Source: Monocercomonoides exilis PA203 (lineage: Eukaryota; Protista; Preaxostyla). From it: a DNA stretch of 64,000 nucleotides. Below are positions 1 to 11,270 of the stretch, piece after piece. The translations under genes were made by a program, and so were the position numbers. The stretch spans positions 1,272,747 through 1,336,746 of the forward strand of contig LSRY02000025.1 in assembly GCA_001643675.2 (NCBI GenBank), written 5' to 3'. The first letter of the stretch is position 1, and the number at the start of each line of letters is the position of its first letter. Below the pieces are notes generated by a model. It made no database searches, was not told where the DNA came from, and saw nothing but the letters and a program-made list of their open reading frames with translations.

Positions 1-18
1 GAATTTGAAGCATCCAGT

Positions 19-3000
19 TTGTCTCTTTTTTCTGTATCAGCGGGCACATTGACTGTCAGAGATTTTATCCTTGTGCATGACTCGATTCATCGGAATAACC
101 GTGAGTCAAGGCTGTTTGAGATTACAGGAGCAGGAGAGATGCATATAAGTGGACTGAACATATCTGCTGGAAGTGGACAATCAACAGAAACAGCATTCAC
201 AACAGAGCTGATCAATGTTCAGAATGGTATGCTGCAGATGGACAATGTGAACTGGGCAAAGACGATCTCCACAACTTCATTGTTTTCGCTTTCTTCGACA
301 AATGAAATATCATTGACGCTTTCGGAGTGTGCCTTTGATGGGATTGAGAGAACAAATAGTGAAGCAGCTGTATTGACATTTTCCAATGATAAGGCAAACA
401 TGAATCTGGATTCTTGTTCATTTTCTGGTTGTGGGAGCACAGGCTCAGAGAATGGAGGATCAATGATGTTATGTGCAGGAGTAGAAAATGAGGTGAAGGT
501 GACTGGCGGATCTTTCGATGGATGCTTTTGTTCGGCATCCAACGGTCTTGGGGGTGGAATCCTCCTTCAGTTATCGACTGGAAATCCAAATATCCTGATC
601 TCATCTTCATTTGGAACGAACACAGCCAAATGGGGGAATGATATCTTTGTCCTTTCGCCAGACCTGGAAGAAACTGCAAAGTCACAAAAGATTCAATGCG
701 TAGCAGCCTCTTTGGATTCTTTTGATAAGGTGCAAGGACATGACAATGGAAACACAAGTGTGGCTATCCCTCTGTGCATCTATCTCCTTCCCACTCCAGA
801 AGAAATATATGTGAGAAGCACCGAGGCATCTGACCATTCCCATTGTGGAATTGTCCGGTTCCCTTGTTTGACAATGAAGCACTCTCTCACACGTCAAACA
901 GGGCCAAAGAAAGTTGTTGTGAGTGGAATGATTCAGGTGAGCGATGAACTAATATTTGCCAATCAGAATCATGAAATTCGAGGAAATGATGATGAAAGTG
1001 GTTGGACAGTCTCCGATACCAGCTCATCATTAAGCTCAGCAATGTTAACAACAAGTACTGAAACAATCTTGTCAAAGCTCATCTTCTCTCTTCCTTCTTC
1101 TCTTTCATCACACTCCACTTTCATTTCTTCATCTTCACAACTGACTATGTCTCATTGTTCGCTTTTCCTTCAAGACCATTCATCTGAATTGGCATTGCTA
1201 TTCTCATCTGTTGAGTCTGGGACATTGGCTATTGACTCGTTTTCAGCTTCATCAATCACCTTGAGCGGAAATCCATTGATCTCATTTTCGGGAAGCAGCA
1301 CAAAAGTCGAGTTAATGAGCACTCTGTGGTTGAACATGACGAACTGCACTTTCACAGAAATAGAAAGAACAGCTGGAAGTGGAGGCTGTATTTACATGGA
1401 CAACAGCAATGATGAAAATTCAAATGCAGAAATAAATATTGAAGAATGTGATTTTGATGGATGCTCTGTTTTGGCTGATGAAAGCAGAGGAGGGGCAATC
1501 AATGCTCAGTTGAAAGGGAATACCCAATTGAACATTATTTCATGCACATTCACAGAATGCACAGCGCCAACTGGAGAAGAAGAGAAGACTGGCTTTGGGG
1601 GAGGAATGGCACTGAAGTTGATTGATGATGGTTCTTCATTTGTGATAACATCACCTGTTTTTGAAAAAAACAAGTCAAATGTTGCAAAATATGGAAATGA
1701 TCTCTTTGTTGAATCATCCGACTTGACAAAGAGCATCACAAACACATCTCTTCCATTTGTTTCTGAGAATCTGGCTGATATTACATTGGATTCTATGAGA
1801 GGCTTTGATGGGAATGATACAACGAATGCTATTTCATTGGTGTATTTCTGGAGAACATTTGGCTCAGAGATATTTGTTGGAGGTGAAGGTTGTGATGTGT
1901 GCGTTTGTGGGCTTTCTGATTATCCTTGCCAATCAATTGATTATTCTTTGGATCGATTGCCCGAAGGAAATGAAAGGATTATCAGCATCATTGGAAAAGG
2001 AGTTCTTCAGAAATGTGTTGAACTCTGTGGAATCTCAATAAAATCGGATGATACAAATGAATGCTCTGTGGAATGTTATTCATCACTTGAAGGAACAGGT
2101 GAAGCTGTAATGAAGATTTCTGGAATTACAAATTTAGAATTAATTAACTTTGTTGTTCCATCTTCATTCGCAAGCGAAATCAACTATTTGATAAATGTTG
2201 GATCAAATGAAGGATTGTTGACTGTGAAGGACTGTTCATTCACTAAAATGGAAGAAAGCGAAGAAGAAATAATCAGCTTTGGGTTGATCAAGGCAGATGG
2301 AGGAACTGTTCAATTGGAGTTTGTGACAATGCAATCATTCAGTTTTGCAAAAGATGTAATTTCAGTATTGTCAACAACGATTTTGAACATTAAAAATCTG
2401 ACAATGAAGAATATTGAGCTGGATGGATCAAGCGGATTGAGCATTTCAAAGAGTTCAAGAAGAGAAAAAAATGAAGAAGAACAAAATGTTGTCATCGAGT
2501 GGAGTTCATTCGAAGAAGTCACCCAGAACACAACCGATGATATTCCCATCATTCGAAATAACAATGATGATGAGCCATTGAAAATGGTGATTCGAAACAC
2601 AACGATGAAGAGATGTGGTGGAACTAGGTGTGGAAAGGGAGGAGGGATGTTTTATGTGTTGAACGAAGGTGGAAGGTTTGACTGCTTGTTTTGCACGATT
2701 TCTGAGTGCTTCTCCTCAACCACAGGAAGAGGTGGGTGGCTGTTTCTGAAATGCACCTCGACAGCTGAACAGCCTCTGAACTTTGTGTTGTCGAATATCA
2801 CGTTCAAAGACAACTCTGCATTCAGAGGGAGGGATGTGTATGTGAAATGTCATTCAATCGAGGCTCAAATAGTTGAAGAGCAATTCTTGCTGGACTTCCG
2901 AGCACCGTTTGTGAAGGAGCTGGCAATATGGGGCTGCACAACAAACTCGTTTGTGGGGGAAGAAGATCTTCTGCTGAGAGTTGTTAAACGCCAGAGTGAG

Positions 3001-5982
3001 ACGATATTTGTGTCTTCTGCTGATGAAAATTCGGAAGACAGCAAGCAATGTGGAGAATTCATCATGCCTTGTGAGTCGTTGAATGTTGGAGTTCAACACA
3101 TTATTCCATCACGTTATTCGCAGCTGTTGATATCAGAGGAAACAATCATCAATGGAGAAAGCAGTGTTTTGAATGTGATCATCCGCTCGCTGGAATCTCC
3201 TTCAACCGCTTTCGTGCATCTGAACTCAACGATTGATGAAAATAAAGGAAATATTATAACTTCCTCAGAGAATGTTCGGATTGAGAGATTGAAATTCAAC
3301 TTTAGCCAGCCATTTTCTTATTCAGGCAGTTCAATCATTCGTGAAGCAAATGGCCAACTTTCTCTTTTGTTTGTTGATTTTTCGTCAGTTGGACAATCGG
3401 ATGATACTCGACCTGTTTTTCTGAACTCAACATTGTTGAACATCGGAAATGGAATTCTTCACATTGACAACTGTTCAATATCAATGCTTTCATTCAAGAA
3501 GTCTTCTTTTTTGTTAAGCGGGGATGAGATCAATATTACAAACATCAAACTGGAACAGATTGAATCAACAAGAAATGTTGTTGAGATTGGGCAATGTGGA
3601 AGTGTTGTATTCAATGGAATTGACGCAGATGGGGTGAAGCTATCTGAAAGTGGTATCCTTGAGATTAACGATTTGTCTTCAGGAATAGTTTCAATTGGAA
3701 TCTCCTCATTCAACAACTGTTCGAGAAATTCAGAAGGAGCTTCTGTTCTCTCTGGTTCATCAACTTCTCAAATAACACTTTCTAATTGTTCGTGTTCAAA
3801 TTGTAATTCTCGATCAACCAAAGGAAGCATTGTGGAGATAAGCAATGCGAAAGATGTTTTGATGGATTCGTGTCGATTTGTTGGAATTCTTTCAAAAGAA
3901 AGTAAAAGTGAGAGAAATTATACATTTGAAGAAATATGTGAATGGAGTGGATCTGTTGTCCACATGGCAAATTCAAACATTCAGGCAAAAGAAATAAAGA
4001 TAGAGAATTCATCGAAAGGAGGAATATCGATCAAAGGAGGAAAAGCTGCTATTGAGATGGGAATGATGGTAAATAATAATCCTTCAATTGCAAATTATCC
4101 TTCTCTTTGTCGAAATATCATCTGTTCAAATTCTGCTTCACTGTCTATTTCCAGCTTGAAAGGAGGAGATGGGGTTTTTCCAAATACCTCACTTTGGATT
4201 TTGAATAATGGGTGCAGTTTTGAAGGGATTGTTTCTGAAAGGGCATCTTCATTCTTCATTCCTGTGTTGGAGAGTGTGGAAGCAAAAAAAGAGACAGACA
4301 GAATGAAACTGACATTCAAAGGAATGCTTCTTGTTCCATGCAATCTGTCATTCTCAGTTGTGAAAAGGAAAGGAGAAGAGAAAGAGATTGAAAACCATGA
4401 TTTTGATGGAAATGGATTTTTGTCAGAAAGAGAAGTTGAAGGGAGTGTGGTAAAAGATCTTATCAGCAGTTGCGAAGATGAAATAGAAGTGAGCGTATCG
4501 ATTTTGTTTGGAAATGCAGAGAATCCTTCTTCCACACAGTCATTTATTCTGAAGAATGCAAGTGAAAGTCAGGCAAATGGAGATGAAAAACTTGCTGAAA
4601 GTGGAAAAGGATCAAATCCGTACTGGGATCTAATAATCGCAGTAATATTCGTTGTTTTGTTTTTGATTGTTCTTATTGTTGCAATTGCCTTTATTGTTCG
4701 TTGGAAAAAACAAAAGAGACGAGCAGAAGAGCTGGAGGTGATTGTGGAAGATACAGTGAAAAAGGATCCGAAGGCATTTGAGATGGTGACGATGGAAATG
4801 TCACCTGAAGAGCAGTGGAGGAGGGCAGAGAGGGAAGCTGAGAAGAAAAATGAAGAGAGGATAAAGAAGAGGGTGTATGATACGAATATGCAACATTCTG
4901 AATCATCCGAGCATCTTTTGAGCGAGAGTGGCTCAACAGAATACATCTTGGGGAGAGATTCAGACAAGATTCCTCAATGGATTCTGGAGAAGGTTGAGGA
5001 AGAAGATGACATTTCGAGAAAGAGAACACCATCTCCATCGATTTCATCCACTTCAACAACTGATTCTGATTCAACATTTGTTCGAAGGGAAGATTTATGT
5101 CCAACCACATCATCAATGTCGAATCTGGTGGATGCAATGGCCTGTTCGTCTCCACATGAGAAACTGATTGTGGATTTAAGGGATTCGCTGTTCATGTTGT
5201 TGCACGGGAGAAATGAGAAGAAAGAGATGGCAATTGGAAGTCTTCAACAAAGAGAGCAGACAGCTGCTCAGATCCTGTTCTGGGTGGCTAATCTTGCACT
5301 CCACTCCTTTGATGAAATGGAAAACCCTCTTCAATCATTGAATAATCTGAGTCCTCACATTGTGCTGTTCTCAGAACACATGGTGATCTGCATTGTGATG
5401 CATTCAGACTTATTGTCTGATGATGATTCCGATTCATCGTCCATCTCTTCATCGACTGTTGTGACATCTGCAAGTGTGGATGATGATGAAATTGACTCTC
5501 TTCCTTCATCAGCGTTTGAGGATGAGGATAGCTTCAAAAAAGAGTGTCTGAGGTGGAAGGCGCCTGAGCTGCTGATCAACAAGAAGATGGGAGCAGCAAA
5601 GGAGTCGGTCTCGTTCTCGATTGGGATGATGCTGTGGGAGTGCCTGACACTGCAGATCCCGTTTGGGGAGTATGAGGCAGAGGTGGCAGGGCAGAAGATT
5701 GCGAACGGAGAGCGGCCAGCACTCGAGGCAGTGCAGTGCTCTTCCTTCTTTGGCCTTGTGAAGAGCTGTGTGTCCCAGTCGCCTGGTGCACGCCCCTCCC
5801 TTGTCCAGCTCAAAAGAGAGTTCATTGGGCGCTTCCCGCCTGGCGCAGCTGTCCTCACCCTCACAGACGCAGCCGACCTCGAAGACTCGACCGGCGGGCA
5901 CAGACAAGGCACAACATCCTTTGCCTTCTCAGCCAGCAGCACTGCCAACGAAGCCCAGTCAATAGTCATCACCAAAAACTGA
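19..5982 (+). CDS. Giant single-pass receptor-like protein: repetitive Cys/Gly-rich extracellular region (GGAI/GGG...GNDIFV, CG..PC repeats; beta-helix/Pmp-like), TM helix, C-terminal degenerate TKL/tyrosine-kinase-like C-lobe. The 5' end probably lies upstream of the window.
   Basis: 1987-aa open frame with no ATG at its start. TM segment LIIAVIFVVLFLIVLIVAIAFIV followed by RWKK. Kinase subdomains VIII-XI are recognisable (RWKAPE, SFSIGMMLWECLT..IPF, RPSL). No GxGxxG, HRD or DFG. Confidence 0.85.
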   Translation: MSLFSVSAGTLTVRDFILVHDSIHRNNRESRLFEITGAGEMHISGLNISAGSGQSTETAFTTELINVQNGMLQMDNVNWAKTISTTSLFSLSSTNEISLTLSECAFDGIERTNSEAAVLTFSNDKANMNLDSCSFSGCGSTGSENGGSMMLCAGVENEVKVTGGSFDGCFCSASNGLGGGILLQLSTGNPNILISSSFGTNTAKWGNDIFVLSPDLEETAKSQKIQCVAASLDSFDKVQGHDNGNTSVAIPLCIYLLPTPEEIYVRSTEASDHSHCGIVRFPCLTMKHSLTRQTGPKKVVVSGMIQVSDELIFANQNHEIRGNDDESGWTVSDTSSSLSSAMLTTSTETILSKLIFSLPSSLSSHSTFISSSSQLTMSHCSLFLQDHSSELALLFSSVESGTLAIDSFSASSITLSGNPLISFSGSSTKVELMSTLWLNMTNCTFTEIERTAGSGGCIYMDNSNDENSNAEINIEECDFDGCSVLADESRGGAINAQLKGNTQLNIISCTFTECTAPTGEEEKTGFGGGMALKLIDDGSSFVITSPVFEKNKSNVAKYGNDLFVESSDLTKSITNTSLPFVSENLADITLDSMRGFDGNDTTNAISLVYFWRTFGSEIFVGGEGCDVCVCGLSDYPCQSIDYSLDRLPEGNERIISIIGKGVLQKCVELCGISIKSDDTNECSVECYSSLEGTGEAVMKISGITNLELINFVVPSSFASEINYLINVGSNEGLLTVKDCSFTKMEESEEEIISFGLIKADGGTVQLEFVTMQSFSFAKDVISVLSTTILNIKNLTMKNIELDGSSGLSISKSSRREKNEEEQNVVIEWSSFEEVTQNTTDDIPIIRNNNDDEPLKMVIRNTTMKRCGGTRCGKGGGMFYVLNEGGRFDCLFCTISECFSSTTGRGGWLFLKCTSTAEQPLNFVLSNITFKDNSAFRGRDVYVKCHSIEAQIVEEQFLLDFRAPFVKELAIWGCTTNSFVGEEDLLLRVVKRQSETIFVSSADENSEDSKQCGEFIMPCESLNVGVQHIIPSRYSQLLISEETIINGESSVLNVIIRSLESPSTAFVHLNSTIDENKGNIITSSENVRIERLKFNFSQPFSYSGSSIIREANGQLSLLFVDFSSVGQSDDTRPVFLNSTLLNIGNGILHIDNCSISMLSFKKSSFLLSGDEINITNIKLEQIESTRNVVEIGQCGSVVFNGIDADGVKLSESGILEINDLSSGIVSIGISSFNNCSRNSEGASVLSGSSTSQITLSNCSCSNCNSRSTKGSIVEISNAKDVLMDSCRFVGILSKESKSERNYTFEEICEWSGSVVHMANSNIQAKEIKIENSSKGGISIKGGKAAIEMGMMVNNNPSIANYPSLCRNIICSNSASLSISSLKGGDGVFPNTSLWILNNGCSFEGIVSERASSFFIPVLESVEAKKETDRMKLTFKGMLLVPCNLSFSVVKRKGEEKEIENHDFDGNGFLSEREVEGSVVKDLISSCEDEIEVSVSILFGNAENPSSTQSFILKNASESQANGDEKLAESGKGSNPYWDLIIAVIFVVLFLIVLIVAIAFIVRWKKQKRRAEELEVIVEDTVKKDPKAFEMVTMEMSPEEQWRRAEREAEKKNEERIKKRVYDTNMQHSESSEHLLSESGSTEYILGRDSDKIPQWILEKVEEEDDISRKRTPSPSISSTSTTDSDSTFVRREDLCPTTSSMSNLVDAMACSSPHEKLIVDLRDSLFMLLHGRNEKKEMAIGSLQQREQTAAQILFWVANLALHSFDEMENPLQSLNNLSPHIVLFSEHMVICIVMHSDLLSDDDSDSSSISSSTVVTSASVDDDEIDSLPSSAFEDEDSFKKECLRWKAPELLINKKMGAAKESVSFSIGMMLWECLTLQIPFGEYEAEVAGQKIANGERPALEAVQCSSFFGLVKSCVSQSPGARPSLVQLKREFIGRFPPGAAVLTLTDAADLEDSTGGHRQGTTSFAFSASSTANEAQSIVITKN

Positions 5983-7060
5983 GAATGAAAAAGAAATGGG
6001 GAAAAATATGAATTTGAAGGAGAAGAATTTCAATTGCACTAGCGATGATCACCAGTGTTGTTTGCTTTGTGTTTGATTTTTTGTTAAGTTTGTTTGCACA
6101 AAGCACATGTTTTGCTTTTCTTGTGTTCGCTTTCGCAGAACATGCGATTCTCAACGAAAGAGTCGCACTGCCGTGCGCTACTGCATCCCTGCTCAGGCTT
6201 ACGACAACAAAGGGCTTTCTTTAACGAGCACCATTAACCAATAATCGATTGTCTGAGCCAGACCTGCCAACTCGTATAGCATCACCCTAGGCCTTCTTGG
6301 CCAAAGAATGGCACAAAAGCCAAACATGAAAGGATATTCCATTTGCACAAGATTGGGAATATCAAAAATTATCTTTATTTTTCTTTATCATAATTTTTTT
6401 TGTTTTGTTTTAAAAAAGTGATATTTCGTTTTGTTTCTTATTTCTTGTTTCTTGTTTCTTATTTCTTATTTCTTATATCTTATTTCAAATTTTTTATTAT
6501 TTTTTTTGTTCAGTTTCTGCTTATTTTGCTCTTCATTATTTATCTTAGCTTATTCAGCTTTTCTTCTTCGTTTTTGGATGGAGCAAAATTTTTTACAAAT
6601 TTCAGAACATTCATTCACATATTTAGTTAATTTGATCTTCATTTTGATAATTGAAAAATGTATTTCCACTTTATCCTTTTATTGTTATAATTATAGTTGC
6701 TGTTATTGCTTTCGTTTTCCTAATTCAGCTAACATTGCGTTATAATCACAACACAAATTGTTTCAATGATTTCATTCACTTTGTATTTATATTCTCAATT
6801 TTTGTTATTATTTTTTCCTTCATTCACGAGGCATTTTGCGTGTTTCTTTTTGTTTATTTCATTGTCTAGTCAAATGGCATTTTTGTGAATCCAATTTTGA
6901 GGTTGAATGTGTTTTTTCCGTGATAATTGAAAAACTCTTTTCAATTTTTTTCCTATTTTAGTTTATTTTTAGTCAGTTAAAATTATAAAATTCAGCAAAA
7001 TAGATTGTTTATTTTTCTTTTTCTTTTATGTGTTTTCATTTGTTATATATATATATATAT

Positions 7061-7218
7061 ACCATGGGTGCTTAACCCGCACCCTGGTGCCAAACCCGCA
7101 CCCTGCAAATTTCTTGAAAATCTAAAAGTCAATTTTTTCCTTTCAAAGAAGTTCATTGATGATGAAATTGCTCGAAACAGGTTTCAAAAAATACTATATG
7201 GCATAATCTTTTTGAAAA
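7061..7218 (+). repeat. Left TIR of outer element (~158 bp), containing direct repeat AACCCGCACCCTG x2
   Basis: Reverse complement found at 36108-36246 plus 28455-28477. Confidence 0.9.
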
Positions 7219-7747
7219 ATCAGAGATCTTCCCGTTATTGTTTTTTATGAAATTAATAATAATGTATCCAAAAACGATTATGTACCATTTATATATTTAT
7301 CACAAGCAAAACACATTTCCCAATTTTTGTTATTTTCCACAAACCAAAATAGCTTTCATAAAAATAAATTTTAAAGGGAAGTTGTTAATTCATTAACAAT
7401 TCATATTTTCATTGATATGTGAAGAATTCGTTATTTTCATGGTTTGTATTTAAAAAGACTTTTCAAACCACATATTTTGTGATGATGATTATATATTATT
7501 CGAAAATTATAACAACAATAAGAATTTTAATTTTCTTTATTGAAAATGAAGTGTGAATAAAAAAAAAGAGTTATCGTTTGCATTTAAATTGCATTTATCA
7601 TGTGTGTTCTATTATTTATCATTAATATTTTAAGTTATTTATTTTTTAACATTCATTTTTTGACTAATGAAAATAACAAATTAATCATTCTTTTATATCT
7701 TTTTAATAATCTTTTGAAAAGTAACACATAATTTCCAACACAGGAAA

Positions 7748-8344
7748 ATGTATGTTTTGGATCAAATAGTTAAGCTGTTCATGCTGCTTTATGGAAGGAA
7801 TGAGAAGAAGGAGATGGAGATTGGCGCTTTGCAGAAAATAGAACAAACTGCTTCCCTGATCCTGTTCAAGGGATACAATCTCGCGCTTTATTCATTTGAT
7901 GAAATGGAAAACCCTCTTCAATCGCTTTCAAATTTGAGTCCTCACATTGTATTATTCTCAGAACACATGGTGATCTGCATTGTGATGCACTCCGACTTAT
8001 TGTCCGATGATGATTCAGACTCATCGTCCATCTCTTCATCAACAGTTGCAACGTCTGCCAGTGACGACGATGATGATGACTCTCTGCCCTCATCAGCCTT
8101 TGAGGATGAAGATTATTACAAAAAAGAGTGTCTGAGGTGGAAGGCGCCTGAGCTGCTGATGAACAAGAAGATGAGGGCAACCAAGGAGTCGGTTTCATTC
8201 TCAATTGGGATGATGCTGTGGGAGTGCCTGACCCTTCAAATCCCATTTGGAGAATATGAGGCTGTGACAGCAGGGCAGAAGATTGTGAATCGGGAGAGGC
8301 CAATCTTGTGCAGTTGGGATAGTAACAAAATTTGTGTCTGTTGA
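7748..8344 (+). pseudogene. Fragment of the pseudokinase tail (paralog of the C-terminus of 19..5982), cargo of the outer element
   Basis: LFMLL.GRNEKKEM...NLSPHIVLFSEHMVICIVMHSD...RWKAPELL...GQKIVNRERP is highly similar to the gene at 19-5982, but lacks the TM and extracellular parts. Confidence 0.85.
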
Positions 8345-8999
8345 AGCGCACACGCCGTCAGAAGCGTGAGAGTGGTTGATGCTTTGCGAGCTGCGGCATT
8401 TGTTTTTTGGGCATTTTTGGGAAAGAGTAGAGATAGTGTAGATATCGGATTCAATTGCCCTGAAGGAAACAACACAGAATGACAAGCAAAGCCTAACTTT
8501 GGAAACTACGTTCATCAATGGAAGTTCAAAGTGCGAAAAGTGGATTAAATGCTGGTGATAATTGTTCTCTGTTAAGAAAGTATTTTCGTTTTCAAATCAA
8601 CCTCAATATTTTCATTTATTTTTTCGAGAGAATTTCTCTCTACGCAGTTTGGTTCTGAATTTTTTCGCATTTCTTCTTTTATCAGATATCGTGTTTAAAG
8701 AGTTCGTATGTTGTGCGGAACTTTCTATATTTTATTTTCAGCAAAGAATATCCAATTTTTTTGTGCAATACATAATTATTTATATATCTTTGTTTTTTTT
8801 ATAAATAAGGCCTCTATTTTTAAATAAAGCTAATTCTTGTTATTTTTGTAAATTTCGAAAAAATATGTTTTTTAATATTGGTGAAATTGAAAATATATAA
8901 TTAATGCAAAAGATGCATGATCAAGTTGATTAAGTGCAAAATCAAAATGACACAGAATCATTTTCAAAAAAATTGGATTTATTTTATTTCATTTTCATC

Positions 9000-11270
9000 A
9001 GCACTCTCCACCCTTTCTTTCGTTAAAGCCTCCATTCGATGCACATCCTCCGTATCCACCTCCAAAATCAAAACTTCTTCCTTCTCGTCCACCTCTTTTT
9101 CTTCTCCTGCATTCACTTCAACTTCCAAAGCCCCGCCCTTTTCTAATGCTTCTTTCTTTGCCTCTTCCAACGCTTCCTTCATTCCTGTTTCGTTCTCTGT
9201 TCACAACAGAGACCACTTCTCTGGCAACAACCTTCGGTTGCTCTGTAACAGTTGTTGGAAATAAAAAGCGGGACATGTCAGATTCTCAACAAATGTGTCC
9301 ATTGGATTACACTTTACGAAAGCACGAACACTGAACAATGCACACCCAAATAACAAGGTCCGGAAAAGTTTCTTCTGCCTTGCGGTGATGGAAGCAGTGA
9401 TATGAAGCTTTGACTCACTGACCGATTGTGCTCATTCACTACAAAGAACAAAGTCTTTATCTCAATAGCACATGTAATAAACGCAAACATTTTGAGTTTC
9501 TTTTTGTATCAAACTTTTTGTGATTATGTTTGAAGCAACATAATCAACACGTTCTTCCAAACTTTCTTCTCCAACCATTCTTTTTTCTTAATTCCGTAAA
9601 TAACTGCTTCTTCATCATATTTTCTTTCCTTTTTCTCTTTTTGTCTCTTTCTTTCTCTTTCAGCTTCTATTTTCAATTTTTTCCCCTTCCTCTTTTATTA
9701 TTCGTCTTTTGAATCCTCCTCTTCTTCTTCCGTACAAAACTTCTCCCTTTCATATTGCTCTGTTCTCTTCGCCTGTACCATCTTCCTTCAGTTCTTTATA
9801 CACAACAGTGCAACATATTTGAAGAACGAGACAAGCGAGTGTTAAATAGCTCTAATCGGTTCTGCTGCATCCCATCCAGCTGCCTTCATCATCTGTGCCT
9901 ATGTTGTAGCCGAAATGAAATTGAATCGCAATCAGCCTTTCCATTCCTTCATCTTCTGGATTAACTCATCTGTCTAGTTGCACGTCGCAATGCATATCCA
10001 TCCCCGTACGCATCAGCATGTTCTTCCAGAACAAGAAACGTTGGTCTCTGTTTTCGTCCGGGAAAACTTAACAATTATCAGTTCTTCATGTGGATAATCA
10101 AAGCCCCATGTTGTCAAATCTGTTGCAGAAAAAACCTCAATAAAACCCATTAAAAATAACTTCGGTGTATGTTCACTCTGAGCAGGCGAAATCACCATTC
10201 GATTACTTACAGTGGAAAGACTTCAACTCAGCACACATACACAGCTCGTAAGCCTCGGCCTTCTTGTCAGTGAAGATGACGAACAATCTGTGAATTTCTC
10301 AAAAGTCATTGAACACTCTCCAATAATTCCATTGAACTCCTCACACGAGGTTGCCATAACACTGCACTTCACACCAGATGAAATAGCAAACATATATGAA
10401 CCAACATGATCATCATAAACAGAATTGAGCTTCAGAAATAGATATTGCATCGCATGTGGTTGACATGCAGCAGCAGTGTGACAAAGAACAAAATGACTGA
10501 AGGTTCAAACTCGCCTAGGAAAGGTTGATGGACATGGTTGTTGAGCCATGAAAAAATAAAGAAAAAGAAGTTCAAAAGCTTATTTGAAATCGCGATGGCG
10601 AGTGAGTTGGTGAAGATAAGCTTTGCTTTGGATCTGAACACCAAAAAAACTTTTTGTACTGATCAGTCCTCACTTTCTCCGTCTTTTTTGCCACATCTAG
10701 AAGCATCCCGAAGCAATCAAAAGGCGAATTCAATTAGCATCTCCACGTCTGGCACGAATCCAAAGTTCAGTATCCTGTCAATCTCATCAATTGCAAATAA
10801 ACCCAAAGCATTATGGTCTCTCCTTTTTCCCTTGATCGAAACCTTCTTCTCCTTTGAAAGTATTTCTTGTATTATAACTGCCCCATCCTGGGTCCTTCCA
10901 CACGATAATGTTTTTTTGTTTCATCAGATCAAAAAGTTGGCCTGGAGTCGCACAAGCCACGTCTGTTCCGCTGGATTTTATGCTCCATTGCTCCGTGCTC
11001 GATTCCATCCCAATGTGTAGTCTCCTTTGATATTCAGCCTGTTTGTGGTTTCGATGGCACTCAGGTGAAAGCTTTGAATCCGAGCACTCGGAAGCCTGCA
11101 ACTTTTCCAGAGAAATAACAGTAGATTCTGTGAAAGAAGAATGTGAGAAAGAAGAAGAAAATGAGGGATTCCCTATTTATAGTCGGAATGCAATTATTAA
11201 ACATGTTGGGAACACATTCATAATGATTGATTCACAAAAGGATCCGATTTGAACAGTGAATACTTTGGTT
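9000..11270 (-). pseudogene. Degenerate DEAD-box RNA helicase (DDX21/DDX50-like); boundaries approximate
   Basis: Minus-strand pieces in the expected order across frameshifts and stops: DVACATPGQLFDL (Ib), FAIDEIDRILNFGFVPDVE (II), SATDLTTWGFDYPHEELII (V), TETNVSCSGRTC (VI). Confidence 0.75.

Noticed and set aside
212-5975. Numerous antisense and alternate-frame ORFs over the large receptor gene
   Set aside because: Shadow ORFs of the main reading frame with no independent motifs
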